Made by a program: the position numbers and the translations under genes. DNA of 64,000 nucleotides from Paraspadella gotoi (lineage: Eukaryota > Animalia > Chaetognatha), in the NCBI GenBank assembly GCA_051294375.1, contig JBJCIZ010000239.1, forward strand, positions 3,196,964-3,260,963. Reading direction: 5' to 3'. The stretch's first letter is position 1. Every line of letters starts with the position of its first letter. Shown one piece after another: positions 1 through 13,145 of this stretch. Below the pieces are notes generated by a model that had not been told where the DNA came from, made no database searches, and saw only the letters and a program-made list of their open reading frames with translations.

Positions 1-85
1 ACCTTATATTAAACCTTAAGTCATTTGAAATTATAACATCCTAATCCTGCCAAACTTAAACAATTACCTTAAATTCGCTTTCCAG

Positions 86-3000
86 GAAGAGATGCGCAAG
101 ATGCGCTCCAACCACGCCCAGCTCGTCGACGAGAGCCAACGCGTCATGGAGCGCCTGGGTCTCGCCGAAGAGGAGCGGGACAATCTGGAAGCGACGCTCC
201 AGCTGGTCAGAGGCGAGAAGACCTCGCTGGAGCGGACCGTGGTGGAGCAGGAGGAGACGAAGAGGAGGCAGAAGAGGAAGATCGAGGAGGGGAAGGAGAA
301 GATGGGGAGGATGTCGGAGAAGGTGGAGGGCTTTCAGGGTGAGAGAGAGAGAGAGACAGAGACAGAGAGAATATAAAAAAAAATATATATATATATATAA
401 AATATCCTCCTTTTCCTCCCAGGGGAAATGCGGACGATCCTCTCCGCGATCCACGACCGCGAATCGAGCGACGGACGCGTCCTGCGGCAGATGCAGCGTC
501 GAGTCGACGAGGCTCTGGAAAGTCTCGCCGCGGCGGAGCAGGAGAAACGCCGACTGCAGCAGACCGTGGAGGAGAGGGACGAAGAGATCAGAGGGATGAG
601 GGTAAGGGCCTGGGCAAGGGCTGACGGGTAAGGAATTGTTTTTACAAACAAATTATGGAGAAAATTAAAGAGAAAAGCGTTGGTTACTCCTTGACTTCAC
701 GAGATTACTGCAATATGCAAATGAGATTAAACTACGATTATATACTTTCCAGTCGACGGAGATCGTTCGTCGTGCGGAAGAAGATCGCGCGGCGGCGTCG
801 AGGGTCTTCCATCGCGTCCAGGAATTCTTGGGGGCGTCGACGGACGAGTTGAAGACGATGGACGCGGAGGCGGCGGAACTGGAGAAGGCGTTGGCAACGG
901 CGGAGGCGGATGTCGCCGTGCTCAAGGAAGAGGTCGATTGACTGAGCGATTTATTGGGTCGCTGGGTTAATTGTCTGATATCAATTGATTCGTGTATCTA
1001 ATTATTAATTGATTGTACGAATGCTTGATAGTTTAGGTTGCTCAATTGATTAATCGACTTCCTACAGGTCATCCGTCTCACCTCCACCCTCGACTCTTAC
1101 GAGCGCCACGCCGCCGCAGCGGCAGCGGAGAACGCCGACCTCCGCCGCGTCGCCGACGAACGGCTGCAGCATATGCGGCTGCTGGAGGCGGCCGCCGCGG
1201 AGGAGCGGCTCGGCGCCGAGAATCTCCGTCGGAAAATGAGCGGATACGTGGATGAGCTGAGATCGATGCCGGAACGGCTGAGGGAGGTTCGTTGTTTGAA
1301 GGGTTAGGTTGAGGCTTTAGCATATCTGCAATCAAATATTACATTTCCAATCTTTCGACTTCTTCCTTCTTGCCCTGTCCCTTACCCACCTCGCTCGCCC
1401 AAAGGTGGAGACCGAGCTGGCAGCGGCGCGAGCAGAGTTGACTTCCTACCGAGAAGAGATCCGAGTGCGCGACAGGGCGATCGAGGATCGAGAGGCTGCG
1501 GCGGAAGCGGCCGCTGCGGAGAAAGCGGCGCTGCAGGTCGGGATTCGGATTTGATAATTTTTAAAAAATTCATATAAACCCCCCCAATGTTGAAATCACC
1601 CCATCGTCCGAAGACCGAGTTGGACGCGAAACGCGAAGAGTTAATTCGGCTGCAAGAAGTGGAGGCAAAATCGGAGGCGGACGCGAAGGCGGTCGCGCTT
1701 CTCAAGGTTTTTGGATTCGGAAGTTTAATGGTTTATTTTATTTACGTATCGTTAATTATGATAAAGGAGGAGATTGAGCGTCTCTACGCGAGAGAGGACG
1801 AATACGGCGAAGTCTTGAAGACGCTCGCTGAGAAATGCGACGATGACGAGAGGGTGGAGGCAAAGGTGGGGAGAGGGGGGGACATAAGGGGGAGGTGGAG
1901 AGTGGGTTTGGCTATGGAGGATGAGGCTGGAGCAATGGTCAAGAACTTTGATTCCATTTCATATCAAATTATGGAGTCGGATTTTTTGCTTGAATCTTAA
2001 ATAAAAAGTTTTAACTTTAGTAGGAGAGAGAGATAAAAGGACAGATAAGCAGTGATAAAAATTGAAGGGTTTCATTGACCATTGACCAATGAGCATTGAT
2101 CATTGACCCTATTACCAAGTTACAAATCATGACCCCTCTACCAAAAAAAAAGGTCCTTCGCGAAAACGCGGCCCTCCGTTCCCGCGCTCGCGCCCTTTGC
2201 TCCAGTCGACGTCGGGTACGCGACCGACTGGAGCGGGCCGAAGCCGACAAGTCGGGAATTGTGGCCGACATGGAGCGAGAGAAGAAGAGAATCTTCGAGA
2301 CTCTGACTGAAGAGAAAAAGGAATTGAGCGATTTATTGGAGCGAATGTCAAAGGAGTCGGTGGAAGGATTCGAGGCGATGGAAGAGCGAAGGAAGAGGAG
2401 CGAGGAGGAGATGGAGCGGGCAAAGGAGGAGGCGGAGCTACTGGGGCGAGAGAAGGCGGTGTTGCTTGAGGAGATTGACGTTTTAAAGGTTTACATGGAG
2501 TAATTTTAATCTCATTTGCATATTGTGGTATTTAGAACATATTTGGATATATTATTAATCGTTGTTTAAAAGGATAAGTCTTACAGTTATTAATTATAAA
2601 TCGTGTTTAATTTAATTAATCAAAAAGAATGATTAATTTCTGGCTGCCCTAACGATATCCTTGCCATCCTCTTTGATAGGAAAAGGAGTCGGTTCTGGAG
2701 CAACTCTTACGATCCTCGGATCAGACGTCGGGAGAGGAATGGAGGAAGGAGAGGGAGGAGTTGAAGAAGAAGGTGGAGGAAGCGAAGAAGGAAGCGGAGA
2801 AGGAAGCGGAGAATCACCGGATCGATTTCGAGGAGAAATTGCAGACGGAATACTCGGAGAAGTTTGGGAGTCTGCAGGTTTGATGTTGTTTTTGGACGTT
2901 GTTTATTTTAGATAATTTTGTTGATGTTGACGAGATTGATGTTCAAGTGGATGTTGAACATATCGCTCGTGATGTCGCAGTTTTACAATTTTACTTTTTT

Positions 3001-3327
3001 TTNNNNNNNNNNNNNNNNNNNNNNNNNTAGACTCTCCTCCCACAACCCGCAACCAACAATCCCGGTTTCTGTCCACAATCGACCACCAATAAAACTCACC
3101 CCCCTTCCCCCCCCTCAAAAAAAAAGGCGGAGCTTTCGTTCCTCCCGCCGCGAGAACCGCAGCCTCTCGAAGACGCGGATTCGTTGAAGGCCGAGTTGCG
3201 GCGTAGACGACGAACTGGGGCGAAAAGAGAGAGCGAGCGGAAAATCGTGGAGCGACATCTGCGAGACTGAGGGGATTGCATTCGCGCCTCTTTTGGGGGA
3301 AGGGTGATCTGAGAGGAGTTTTTTTGA
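86..3327 (+). CDS. Multi-exon long coiled-coil protein, ODF2/cenexin-like (5'-partial; 10 exons visible)
   Basis: GT-AG exons 86-338, 423-601, 753-932, 1068-1286, 1405-1536, 1614-1706, 1767-1865, 2153-2488 and 2680-2877 join in one E/R/K/A/L-rich frame. The terminal exon starts at 3127; it has indels, and the duplicate at 3713-3898 reads cleanly. Segments ENLRRKMSGYVDELRSMPERLREVETELAAARAELTSY and AELSFLRRE...KRENLERHLARLRGLHSRLFLGEG recall ODF2 (…FQSQLADLQQLPDILK.TEAKLAE…, TELSQLRR…, MQNYVQFLKSSYANVFGDG, from memory). The gene model is strong; the family call is tentative. Confidence 0.8.
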
Positions 3328-4265
3328 TGGAGAAGAGAAAAATGGGAAAGATGAAGATTCACGTTGTTTCGAACTTGTTCGCGTAACGGGAATTTTTCGT
3401 TTAAAAAGCGTCATACAAAATCATAACGCGTTTGAACTCAAGGGTTTATTTCTTTTGGAAGGGTTGTGGCGGCAAGCGATTCCTATTCGCGTCTTGGAGG
3501 GTCACCGCGTGTAGAAGAGACTAGGTGTTCATCGTTAACTAGGCTTGGGCACGCTAGCTGTGAGATTCCTAATAATTGTGCGCTCAGAAAAACGGTTAAA
3601 ATCTTTGGTGCCATTTTTATGAAGGAAAATTTTTGGAGGTCCAGGAAATTTGATTCGCGTGTGATGGTTTGGAAGAAAAAAAGTCCGTTAACTTTCAGGT
3701 GAGAGTCGAGAGCGCCGCGAGAACCGCCGCCTCTCGAAGACGGCGGATTCGTTGAAGGCCGAGTTGGCGGCGTCGACGACGAACTGGGGCGAAGAGAGAG
3801 CGAAGCGGGAAAATCTGGAGCGACATCTGGCGAGACTGAGGGGATTGCATTCGCGCCTCTTCTTGGGGGAAGGGGATCTGAGAAGGAGTTTTTCTTGATG
3901 GAGAGAAGAAAATGGGAAAGATGAGATTCACGTGTTTGAACTTGTTCGCGTAACGGGATTTTCGTTTTAAAAGCGTCATTACAATCATAACGCGTTTGAT
4001 CAAGGGTTTATTTCTTTTGGAAAGGGTTGTGGCGGCAAGCGATTCCTATTCGCGTCTTGGAGGGTCACGCGTGTAGAGAGACTAGGTGTTCATCGTACTA
4101 GTAGCTTGGGCACGCTACTGTGAGATCCTAATAAGTTGTGCGCTCAGAACGGTTAAACTCTTTGGTGCCATTTTATGAAAAGGAAAATTGGAGCGTCAGG
4201 AATTTGATTCGCGTGTGATGGTTTGGAAAGAAAAAAAGTCGTTACTTCATGAGAGTCGAGAGCAT
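3145..4265 (+). repeat. ~570 bp tandem duplication of the last exon plus 3' UTR (probable assembly artefact)
   Basis: 3145-3712 and 3713-4265 are near-identical, differ almost only by 1-nt indels, and are flanked by N-gaps. Confidence 0.85.
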
Positions 4266-4957
4266 CTGGACGTTTAATAATAAAAAAAANNNNNNNNNNN
4301 NNNNNNNNNNNNNNNNNNNNNNNNNNNNNNNNNNNNNNNNNNNNNNNNNNNNNNNNNNNNNNNNNNNNNNNNNNNNNNNNNNNNNNNNNNNNNNNNNNNN
4401 NNNNNNNNNNNCCCCCCCCTCAGCGTGAGCGGTCGCGCTTTTCGAATCAACCAACTTTTGTCTTCGTTTATTCGCATCGATGGAAACCCCTGGCCCCCTG
4501 GCTCCCTCGNNNNNNNNNNNNNNNNNNNNNNNNNNNNNNNNNNNNNNNNNNNNNNNNNNNNNNNNNNNNNNNNNNNNNNNNNNNNNNNNNNNNNNNNNNN
4601 NNNNNNNNNNNNNNNNNNNNNNNNNNNNNNNNNNNNNNNNNNNNNNNNNNNNNNNNNNNNNNNNNNNNNNNNNNNNNNNNNNNNNNNNNNNNNNNNNNNN
4701 NNNNNNNNNNNNNNNNNNNNNNNNNNNNNNNNNNNNNNNNNNNNNNNNNNNNNNNNNNNNNNNNNNNNNNNNNNNNNNNNNNNNNNNNNNNNNNNNNNNN
4801 NNNNNNNNNNNNNNNNNNNNNNNNNNNNNNNNNNNNNNNNNNNNNNNNNNNNNNNTTTTTTTCATTCAAATATATAATTTGTTTGTTTTTATTTACATCC
4901 GGGTTTCCACGCGACGAAGAAAGAAAGACGGTAACTAGGCAACGGAAGTCGCGAATT

Positions 4958-4995
<38 letters not shown>

Positions 4996-6701
4996 NNNNN
5001 NNNNNNNNNNNNNNNNNNNNNNNNNNNNNNNNNNNNNNNNNNNNNNNNNNNNNNNNNNNNNNNNNNNNNNNNNNNNNNNNNNNNNNNNNNNNNNNNNNNN
5101 NNNNNNNNNNNNNNNNNNNNNNNNNNNNNNNNNNNNNNNNNNNNNNNNNNNNNNNNNNNNNNNNNNNNNNNNNNNNNNNNNNNNNNNNNNNNNNNNNNNN
5201 NNNNNGAAGATCGGCTTTTTCTTTATTCTTTTTCTTTTTCTTTTCGTTTCCAAGGAATTTCTTTCATTCGCGGTTTTATCTTTGTTGTTGTGANNNNNNN
5301 NNNNNNNNNNNNNNNNNNNNNNNNNNNNNNNNNNNNNNNNNNNNNNNNNNNNNNNNNNNNNNNNNNNNNNNNNNNNNNNNNNNNNNNNNNNNNNNNNNNN
5401 NNNNNNNNNNNNNNNNNNNNNNNNNNNNNNNNNNNNNNNNNNNNNNNNNNNNNNNNNNNNNNNNNNNNNNNNNNNNNNNNNNNNNNNNNNNNNNNNNNNN
5501 NNNNNNNNNNNNNNNNNNNNNNNNNNNNNNNNNNNNNNNNNNNNNNNNNNNNNNNNNNNNNNNNNNNNNNNNNNNNNNNNNNNNNNNNNNNNNNNNNNNN
5601 NNNNNNNNNNNNNNNNNNNNNNNNNNNNNNNNNNNNNNNNNNNNNNNNNNNNNNNNNNNNNNNNNNNNNNNNNNNNNNNNNNNNNNNNNNNNNNNNNNNN
5701 NNNNNNNNNNNNNNNNNNNNNNNNNNNNNNNNNNNNNNNNNNNNNNNNNNNNNNNNNNNNNNNNNNNNNNNNNNNNNNNNNNNNNNNNNNNNNNNNNNNN
5801 NNNNNNNNNNNNNNNNNNNNCCTCTGTCTTCCTTCGCGCGCCGTTCGGAGATTCGAACCCCGGACCTTCTCAAGACTCTTCATGCAAATTAATTTCCTCT
5901 TTTCACCGAACCCGGCAACGAAATTGACAACGAACGGGATCATCAAAATACACATCAATTCAGCGGGTCGAATCTTTTCTTCTCTTTTCTTTCTCTTTTC
6001 TTTCTCTTTTCTTTCTCTTTTCTTCTCTTTTCAACCCATGAATATAGAGTAGAAACTCACGCGCAGAAAGATTTTGGCGAAAGAATTAAGATTGTGATTC
6101 AAACGTCGTTCGAAAAAAAGGAATAATGAATTAATGAGTTTCACGTAATTAATGCAACTTTAAATGAGAGTTTTTAGTCAATCATCTCGGGTCATTCACC
6201 GCTTGTTGATTGATTGATTGATTGTTTGATTGATCGATTGATGGCCGATCTTGTAGATTGTTTCCTCATTGTGATTTTGTGGATCGTATGTTTTCACTGG
6301 TTGACGCTTTAGATTCAATGTAAAAATATCTAAATAGTGAAGAGCGCCGTGGGTGACTTTCTAATCGAGCACAGAAACGTCAACAAAGACNNNNNNNNNN
6401 ACCAGCGGCGTACGACTTTTAATAACCGTCGAAGACAAACGAAAAATAATAAAAAAAAAAGAGAAAGAAACAAAGAAAAATTGGAAACTGAGTTCCTTTT
6501 ATTTGTCTCCTTCTCCGTTTCTTTGTTTTCTACTCTCCTTCTCTCTCCTTCTTCATTCTTTTTTTCGTTGTCTTTATTTCTTTGTCTCTTTCTCCTTCTC
6601 TTTAATTTTTTTTGTCTCCTTCTCTTTTTCCCCTTCTTCTCTTTGTCTCTCCCTTCGCCTTATTCCTTCGCCGAGGGTCCTCTCGAGTGGCTTTATTAAT
6701 C

Positions 6702-6740
<39 letters not shown>

Positions 6741-7449
6741 AAAGAGGAGATTTCTTCTCTTGATTAATAATCATAAGCTCGCGTCACTTCAGTTTTTTTT
6801 TCATTTCTTTTCTTTCTTTTCTTTCCTTTCTTTTTTTCTTTTTCTTTTCTTTCTTTTTCGGCCTCTTAACTCTGACATCTGGCGAAATGTCTCAGCCTGT
6901 TAATCGCAATATCAGTCAGTCGAGGATCGAGTCATTGAATCAAAGAAACAAGTGAGCAACGGGGAGATCACCCAAGAAAACTTATATCTAATTTTAATAT
7001 TAAGTCAATTTTATTTATTTTTTTCACTGCTGAATATTTTTTCTCAGGTACTCTGAATAAAATTGCGCTTCATTAGTATAAATTAACAAACGTTTTATTT
7101 ATTGAAAAGAAAAAGTAAAAGCGTAAGTTATAAAAAATTATGAATTTTTAGTTAAATTGGATCCATTTGAGTTGGACTCTTAGTTATAGTTGATAAAAAT
7201 CTGAGAGAAAATCCGAGAAAGATTTTAAAGGGTGGATTTTAAAATTAGGAAAGATGCGGTTAGATCAATGGGACGGCAGTGAAGGGTAGATTTAGAAAAT
7301 AAAGGGTGAGAGAGAGATTTTCGCCGCCGTCTGCGTCTCCGCCGCCGCCACTTTGAAGAGGCCCCCTCGATTAGAAGGCTAACGAGCGGATCGGGGGATT
7401 CAAAAGCATACGGGCGCATTCATTGCCCTTGCATCTTATATTAGGGTTA

Positions 7450-7480
<31 letters not shown>

Positions 7481-8983
7481 TTTGTTGTTGTTATTGGGCC
7501 GCTAATCGTTGGATCAGTTGACGTCTTGAGATGTCGAAGTCGAAGTCAGCGTCTGAGGACGACGACGACGACGACGACGACGATAACGACGACGACGACA
7601 TTGACGATCGGTGACGCGTGAAAAGAGAAGATTGCGTCGAAAATCGATGAGACAATCGAATCGAGAAACGGAGATTCGCATTCGAACCGGGTGCGCGATC
7701 TGTCGGAGAGAAAAGTAAACAAAAACTGTCAAACAAATGTGAAATAAAAAAAAGAATATATTATTTTATATATATATATATATTATATATAAACTTGAAA
7801 TTTGAAGTTAAAAAAGGGAGAGAAAAAGGGAGAAGAAGATAGAGTGAGAGAGAGAGAGAGAGTTTGACTGAAGTTCATAATAATGCAGAGAGCCACCAAA
7901 CAAATAAAGATAATAATTTAAAAAAAACAATTAAATCGGAACGAACAATTTCGAAAATTTCCAAACCAACCGAATCGGAAAGAAAGTATTACTCCCCAAA
8001 AAATGACGTCAGTTTTCGTCGGACAAATAAATTTTGTAAATTGTGTCTCTCAAGGTCACGTGACAAATGAAAAATTCTATCTCGAGTCTTTTTTCGATTC
8101 CATCTCTGCTCATTTCCTCTTTTCTTTCTTTTTTCTTTCTTTTTCTTTTTTCCTTTTTTCCTTTTTTCTTTCTTTTTCTTTTTTTCTTTTTTTCTTTAAT
8201 TTTTCTCCCTTTTTCTCCTTTTTTCCCATTTTTTTCTTTTCTTTCTTTTCTCTTTTACTTTTTCTTCTTTTCTTTTTCCCTTTTTTCTTTAATTTTCCTC
8301 CCTTTTTCTCCTTTTTTCCATTTTCTTCTTTTCTTTCTTTTCTTTTTTCCTTTTTTTTTCCTTTTTCCATTTTTCTCCTTTTTTCCCATTTTCTTCTTTT
8401 CTTTCTTTTCTTTTTTCCTTTTTCTTCTTTTTTTTTCCTTTCTTTTTTCCTTTGTTTCTCTTAATCTAATCCTCCTCCGATTTTACTCCACAGGATTTCC
8501 CTTTCAACTTCTCTTTCTTTTCTGAAATCATGAAAAAAATTTGACTTGGATGATATTGATGAAGACGACGACGACGACGTCGACGTCAACGAAGACGACG
8601 ACAATGACGACGATGAAGACGACGATGACAAACTTACCATTGACAACGATTTTAACTAATACAAAACTAAAGAGAATAAAGAAATTGAGAAAACGAACAA
8701 AATCACCATGACGACGACGACGACGAAAAAGAAACAATTATAAAACGACACAAATTACAGGTGCGAAAGAAAAAATCGTGTTAATGATAAGCCACAACCG
8801 CTCCCGCCGCAGCAGCGGCAGCCAGCGCCGCCGTCAAAAATGATAACATCTAATCACGCCTTCAGTGACACGCGTCGTCGTCGTCGTCGTCGTCGTCTTT
8901 TCATCCTCAGTCGGTGAAAAGGGAAGCAGTGAGGCTGAAGTAAGTGATTCTGATCCCCGAAATCATCCAAGGGATCAAGATCT

Positions 8984-9028
<45 letters not shown>

Positions 9029-9611
9029 CGTTCCGCTTATAATCTTCGACGAGAATCCGTAACGTCAACACGTCACATATAATTAAAGGATTGTTGTCAG
9101 TGAAAACAATCTCGATTGCTCCCGGGATTCGAACCTGGAACCTGAGAGATTTCGGTCCAGCGAACAAACGGAGACGTCTCCGCCCTCGTTGGCGGGGATC
9201 GATCCGGGGACCCGGAGATGACGGGACGGGGATGTGTTTATTTGGAGTCGCGATACGGTCTAATTGGCGGGAGAGATTTTTTCTAGCGCGAGAAAATAGG
9301 GTGTACTATAATTAAATATTTGTTATAAATATAAAAATACAAAAAAATAATAATGGAAAATGATTAAAAAAAAGAAACCTGTAAGTATAAAATCCCTTTA
9401 ATTTTTAACTTTTCCACATTTTAATAAAATTTGTTTTCAAATCGAAACTGTTTATCGATTATTTTATCTCGATTTTGTTTCAAATGAAAAACAAAAAAAA
9501 ACCAAAAAAAAATATTTATCTTAATTTTGAGTCATCGTAATTTTTTTTCATTTTCTTGTTACTCATTTGAATATAGTAAATTGAATCTTTCTCTCTTTTT
9601 CTATCTTTTAT

Positions 9612-9643
<32 letters not shown>

Positions 9644-9705
9644 NNNNNNNNNNNNNNNNNNNNNNNNNTCTTTTCTTTCTTTCTTTCTTTTTCTTTTGTC
9701 TTTCT

Positions 9706-9736
<31 letters not shown>

Positions 9737-9747
9737 TTCTTTCTGTT

Positions 9748-9820
9748 CCCCCCCTTATCCCGCTTTACCCCCTCCCAAGTTTCGTCTCCCTCCTTGCGGA
9801 GATTTTCACGCCATCTTTGA

Positions 9821-9851
<31 letters not shown>

Positions 9852-9943
9852 GCGGTCGGTGTCGGTCGTCACCCTCTCGTCACCCAATTAAATCAAATCT
9901 TACCGCCTTGCGATTTTTTGAAAAGAGAGAGAGAGAGAAGAGG

Positions 9944-9988
<45 letters not shown>

Positions 9989-10102
9989 GACAGAGACAGA
10001 GAGAGAGAAATAGCATCCCGAGGATTGAGATACTTTTAATTCCAAAATCCAATTCTTCTTGTGACTTTTTCCAAATCAACTTCCTTCGCCCAAGGCGTCG
10101 TG

Positions 10103-10135
<33 letters not shown>

Positions 10136-11016
10136 AACACTGTCCGAGGCATCGATGACAAGATAATCCAGTTCTGTCTAAAGATTCGAATCGAAGCGAA
10201 ATTCGAATTCAATTCGCCCGCCTTTCTAATTGGGGAAAATCGCTTCTTCTTTTTCGTCTTACTGTTCTGAATATTGTTATTCTGTTTATATTGTCCTTTT
10301 GTTGGGATGATAAGGATACGCATTTAACGAGTGTATTTCCATACTTTTAATATCAATTAGAATATCTCAAAAGGTTACAAATGAAGAGAATTAAAAAAAA
10401 AAGTACGATAGATTCTCACTTTAGTCAAGGACTATGTTTTGCACGAAACGTGTTTACCTTTTCCGACTCATGATTGCCAACTTGCCGAGCTTTTTCCGAC
10501 CCCAACTCCGAAAAAAAAAAAAACTGTCAACGCGCCGATACAGTCGCGAAATTCTTATCCCCCCCCCCTCTCTCCCCTTAACTGCAGTACGGGCTAAAGG
10601 AACTTCATTGTATTTATTCTTTACGTTTATCGAACAAAACCAAAAAAAAAAAAAAGAAAGAAAAAATATTAATTTATATATCCAGACTTTTACGCGTTTT
10701 GCCTTCTCTGTCTTCGAAATCCGAAACCTTAAATCGCCGTTTGACGATAACTTTTTTTTTTCATCTTTGAACCGAAAAAAAGAAGAAAAACGATAAGAGA
10801 TAAACTTCGATGTTTTCGTCGTCGTCGTCGTCGTCGTCGTCCGTCGTCGTCGTCGTCGGCGTCGTCGGCGTCGACTCAAAAAGCATAAAAGGCGGTTTTT
10901 TGTGGCCGAAACATCGTAAGTGTCACGTCCGGCTTCTTTTCTTTGTTATTTTTTTTCTCTCTCTTGGTTTTTTTTTTTCAAGGCCAAAAAAAAAGAAGAA
11001 TATAACTGGAGGTCGA

Positions 11017-11080
<64 letters not shown>

Positions 11081-11139
11081 CTCTCTTCTATTTATTTCTC
11101 TCTCTCTCTTTCTCTCTCTCTCTCTCACTCTCTCTCTCA

Positions 11140-11179
<40 letters not shown>

Positions 11180-11761
11180 CTCTCACCGTACTATTGTGTT
11201 TTTTTTTTTTTAAACCGGATCCGCTTGTACGATAAAAAACAAGAAGAGTCTCCCCGTAAAATTCGGTCTCCTTGACTTTTACGATTTTTTTTTCCCCGTC
11301 AATTTTTTTTTTTTTTCGTCGACGGTGAGATCGAAATCCGATGATCGGATTCGAAACCGAGACCTTGGTGTCGTGCTCGGAACGAGTCGACAGAAGTGTT
11401 AGAATGAATTTAGGTTACATAAGTATACAAAATAATATTATATATAATACCCTACCCTAAAAGAAAAAATTTCCTTTCATTCAACATTGTGGGTTAATGA
11501 CTTCATCACTCGCACCAATATAGAAAATTATCCATTCATTTAACAAATAAGCTATCTTTCCCTGACCCCCCCTTATCCCGCTTTACCCCCTCCCAAGTTT
11601 CGTCTCCCTCCTTGCGGGAGATTTTCACGCCATCTTTGACGTCGTCGTCGTCGTCGTCGTTGTCGTCGCGTCGGTGTCGCTCGTCACCCTCTCGTCACCC
11701 AATTAAATCAAATCTTCCGCCTTGCGATTTTTGAAAAGAGAGAGAGAGAGAGAGAGAGGAG

Positions 11762-11801
<40 letters not shown>

Positions 11802-12605
11802 GAGAAATAGCATCCCGAGGATGAGATACTTTTAATTCCAAAATCCAATTTCTTCTTGTGACTTTTTCCAAATCAACTTCCTTCGCCCAAGGCGTCGTGG
11901 ACGACGACGACGACGACGACGACGACAACGACTGTCCGAGGCATCGATGACAAGATAATCCAGTTTCTGTCTAAAGATTCGAATCGAAGCCGGAAATTCG
12001 AATTCAAATTCGCCCGCCTTTTCTAATTGGGGGAAAATCGCTTTTTCTTTTTCGTCTTACTGTTCTGAATATTGTTATTCTGTTTATATTGTCCTTTTGT
12101 TGGGATGATAAGGATACGCATTTAACGAGTGTATTTCCATACTTTTAATATCAATTAGAATATCTCAAAAGTATACAAATGAAGAGAATTAAAAAAAAAG
12201 TACGATAGATTCTCACTTTTAGTCAAGGACTATGTTTTGCACGAACGTGTTTACCTTTTCCGACTCATGATGCCAACCTTGGCCGAGCTTTTCCGACCCA
12301 ACTCCGAAAAAAAAAAACTGTCAACGCGCCGATACAGTCGCGAAATTCTTATCCCCCCCCCTCTCTCCCCTTAACTGCAGTACGGGCTAAAGGAACTTCA
12401 TTGTATTTATTCTTTACGTTCTATCGAACAAAACCAAAAAAAAAAAAGAAGAAAAAAATATTAATTTATATATCCAGACTTTTACGCGTTTTGCTTCTCT
12501 GTCTTCGAAATCCGAAACCTTAAATCGCCGTGACGATAACTTTTTTTTTTCATCTTTGAACCGAAAAAAAAGAAGAAAAACGATAAGAGATAAACTTCGA
12601 TGTTT

Positions 12606-12650
<45 letters not shown>

Positions 12651-13018
12651 GCGTCGTCGGCGTCGACTCAAAAAGCATAAAGGCGGTTTTTGTGGCCGAA
12701 ACATCGTAAGTGTCACGTCGGCTTCTTTTCTTTGTTATTTTTTTTTCTCTCTCNNNNNNNNNNGTCGACGGTTGAGATCGAAATCGCGATGATCGGGATT
12801 CGAACCCGAGACCTTGGTGTCGTGCTCGGAACGAGTCGACAGAAGTGTTAGAATGAATTTAGGTTACATAAGTATACAAAATAATATGTATATATAATAC
12901 CCTAACCCTAAAAGAAAAAATTTCCTTTCATTCAACATTGTGGGTTAATGACTTCATCACTCGCAACCAATATAAAAATTATCCATTCATTTAACAAATA
13001 AGCTATCTTTCCCCTGAC
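9748..13018 (+). repeat. ~1.8 kb tandem duplication (probable assembly artefact)
   Basis: Copy 1 is 9748-11565 and copy 2 is 11566-13018; both start cccccttatcccgctttacccc. Copy 2 has a 9-N gap in place of the (CT)n-containing segment, and differences are mostly small indels. Confidence 0.85.
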
Positions 13019-13145
13019 TTTGGACAGGCTTTGGCGGTTTAAGGCCTCCATCACTCTTACAAGATAATAACAGAGCAGGTCCCTGCAAGCTTTCAATCTA
13101 GACTCTCTCACAGTCTCGTTTATTCACTCCCAGAGTACCTGGCTT
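12964..13145 (-). repeat. Dispersed repeat, reverse complement of 50835-51030 (possible retroelement fragment)
   Basis: Direct comparison shows ~180 bp of similarity, e.g. gcaggtccctgcaagctttcaat versus attgaaagcttgcagggacctgc. Confidence 0.75.

Noticed and set aside
4242-5958. Long ORFs spanning N-runs (also 14.5k, 32.8k, 44.7k, 46.1k, 59.5k)
   Set aside because: They are open only because of assembly gaps.
8003-8525. Phe/Ser/Leu-rich and Arg/Glu-repeat ORFs throughout the window
   Set aside because: Translations of (CT)n, (CTTT)n and (GAC)n microsatellites.
9110-9165. tRNA-like T-arm/B-box GGTTCGAATCC on the minus strand (similar at ~5850, ~11345, ~12796)
   Set aside because: No A-box, D-arm or acceptor stem could be folded; at most SINE-like fragments, not tRNA genes.
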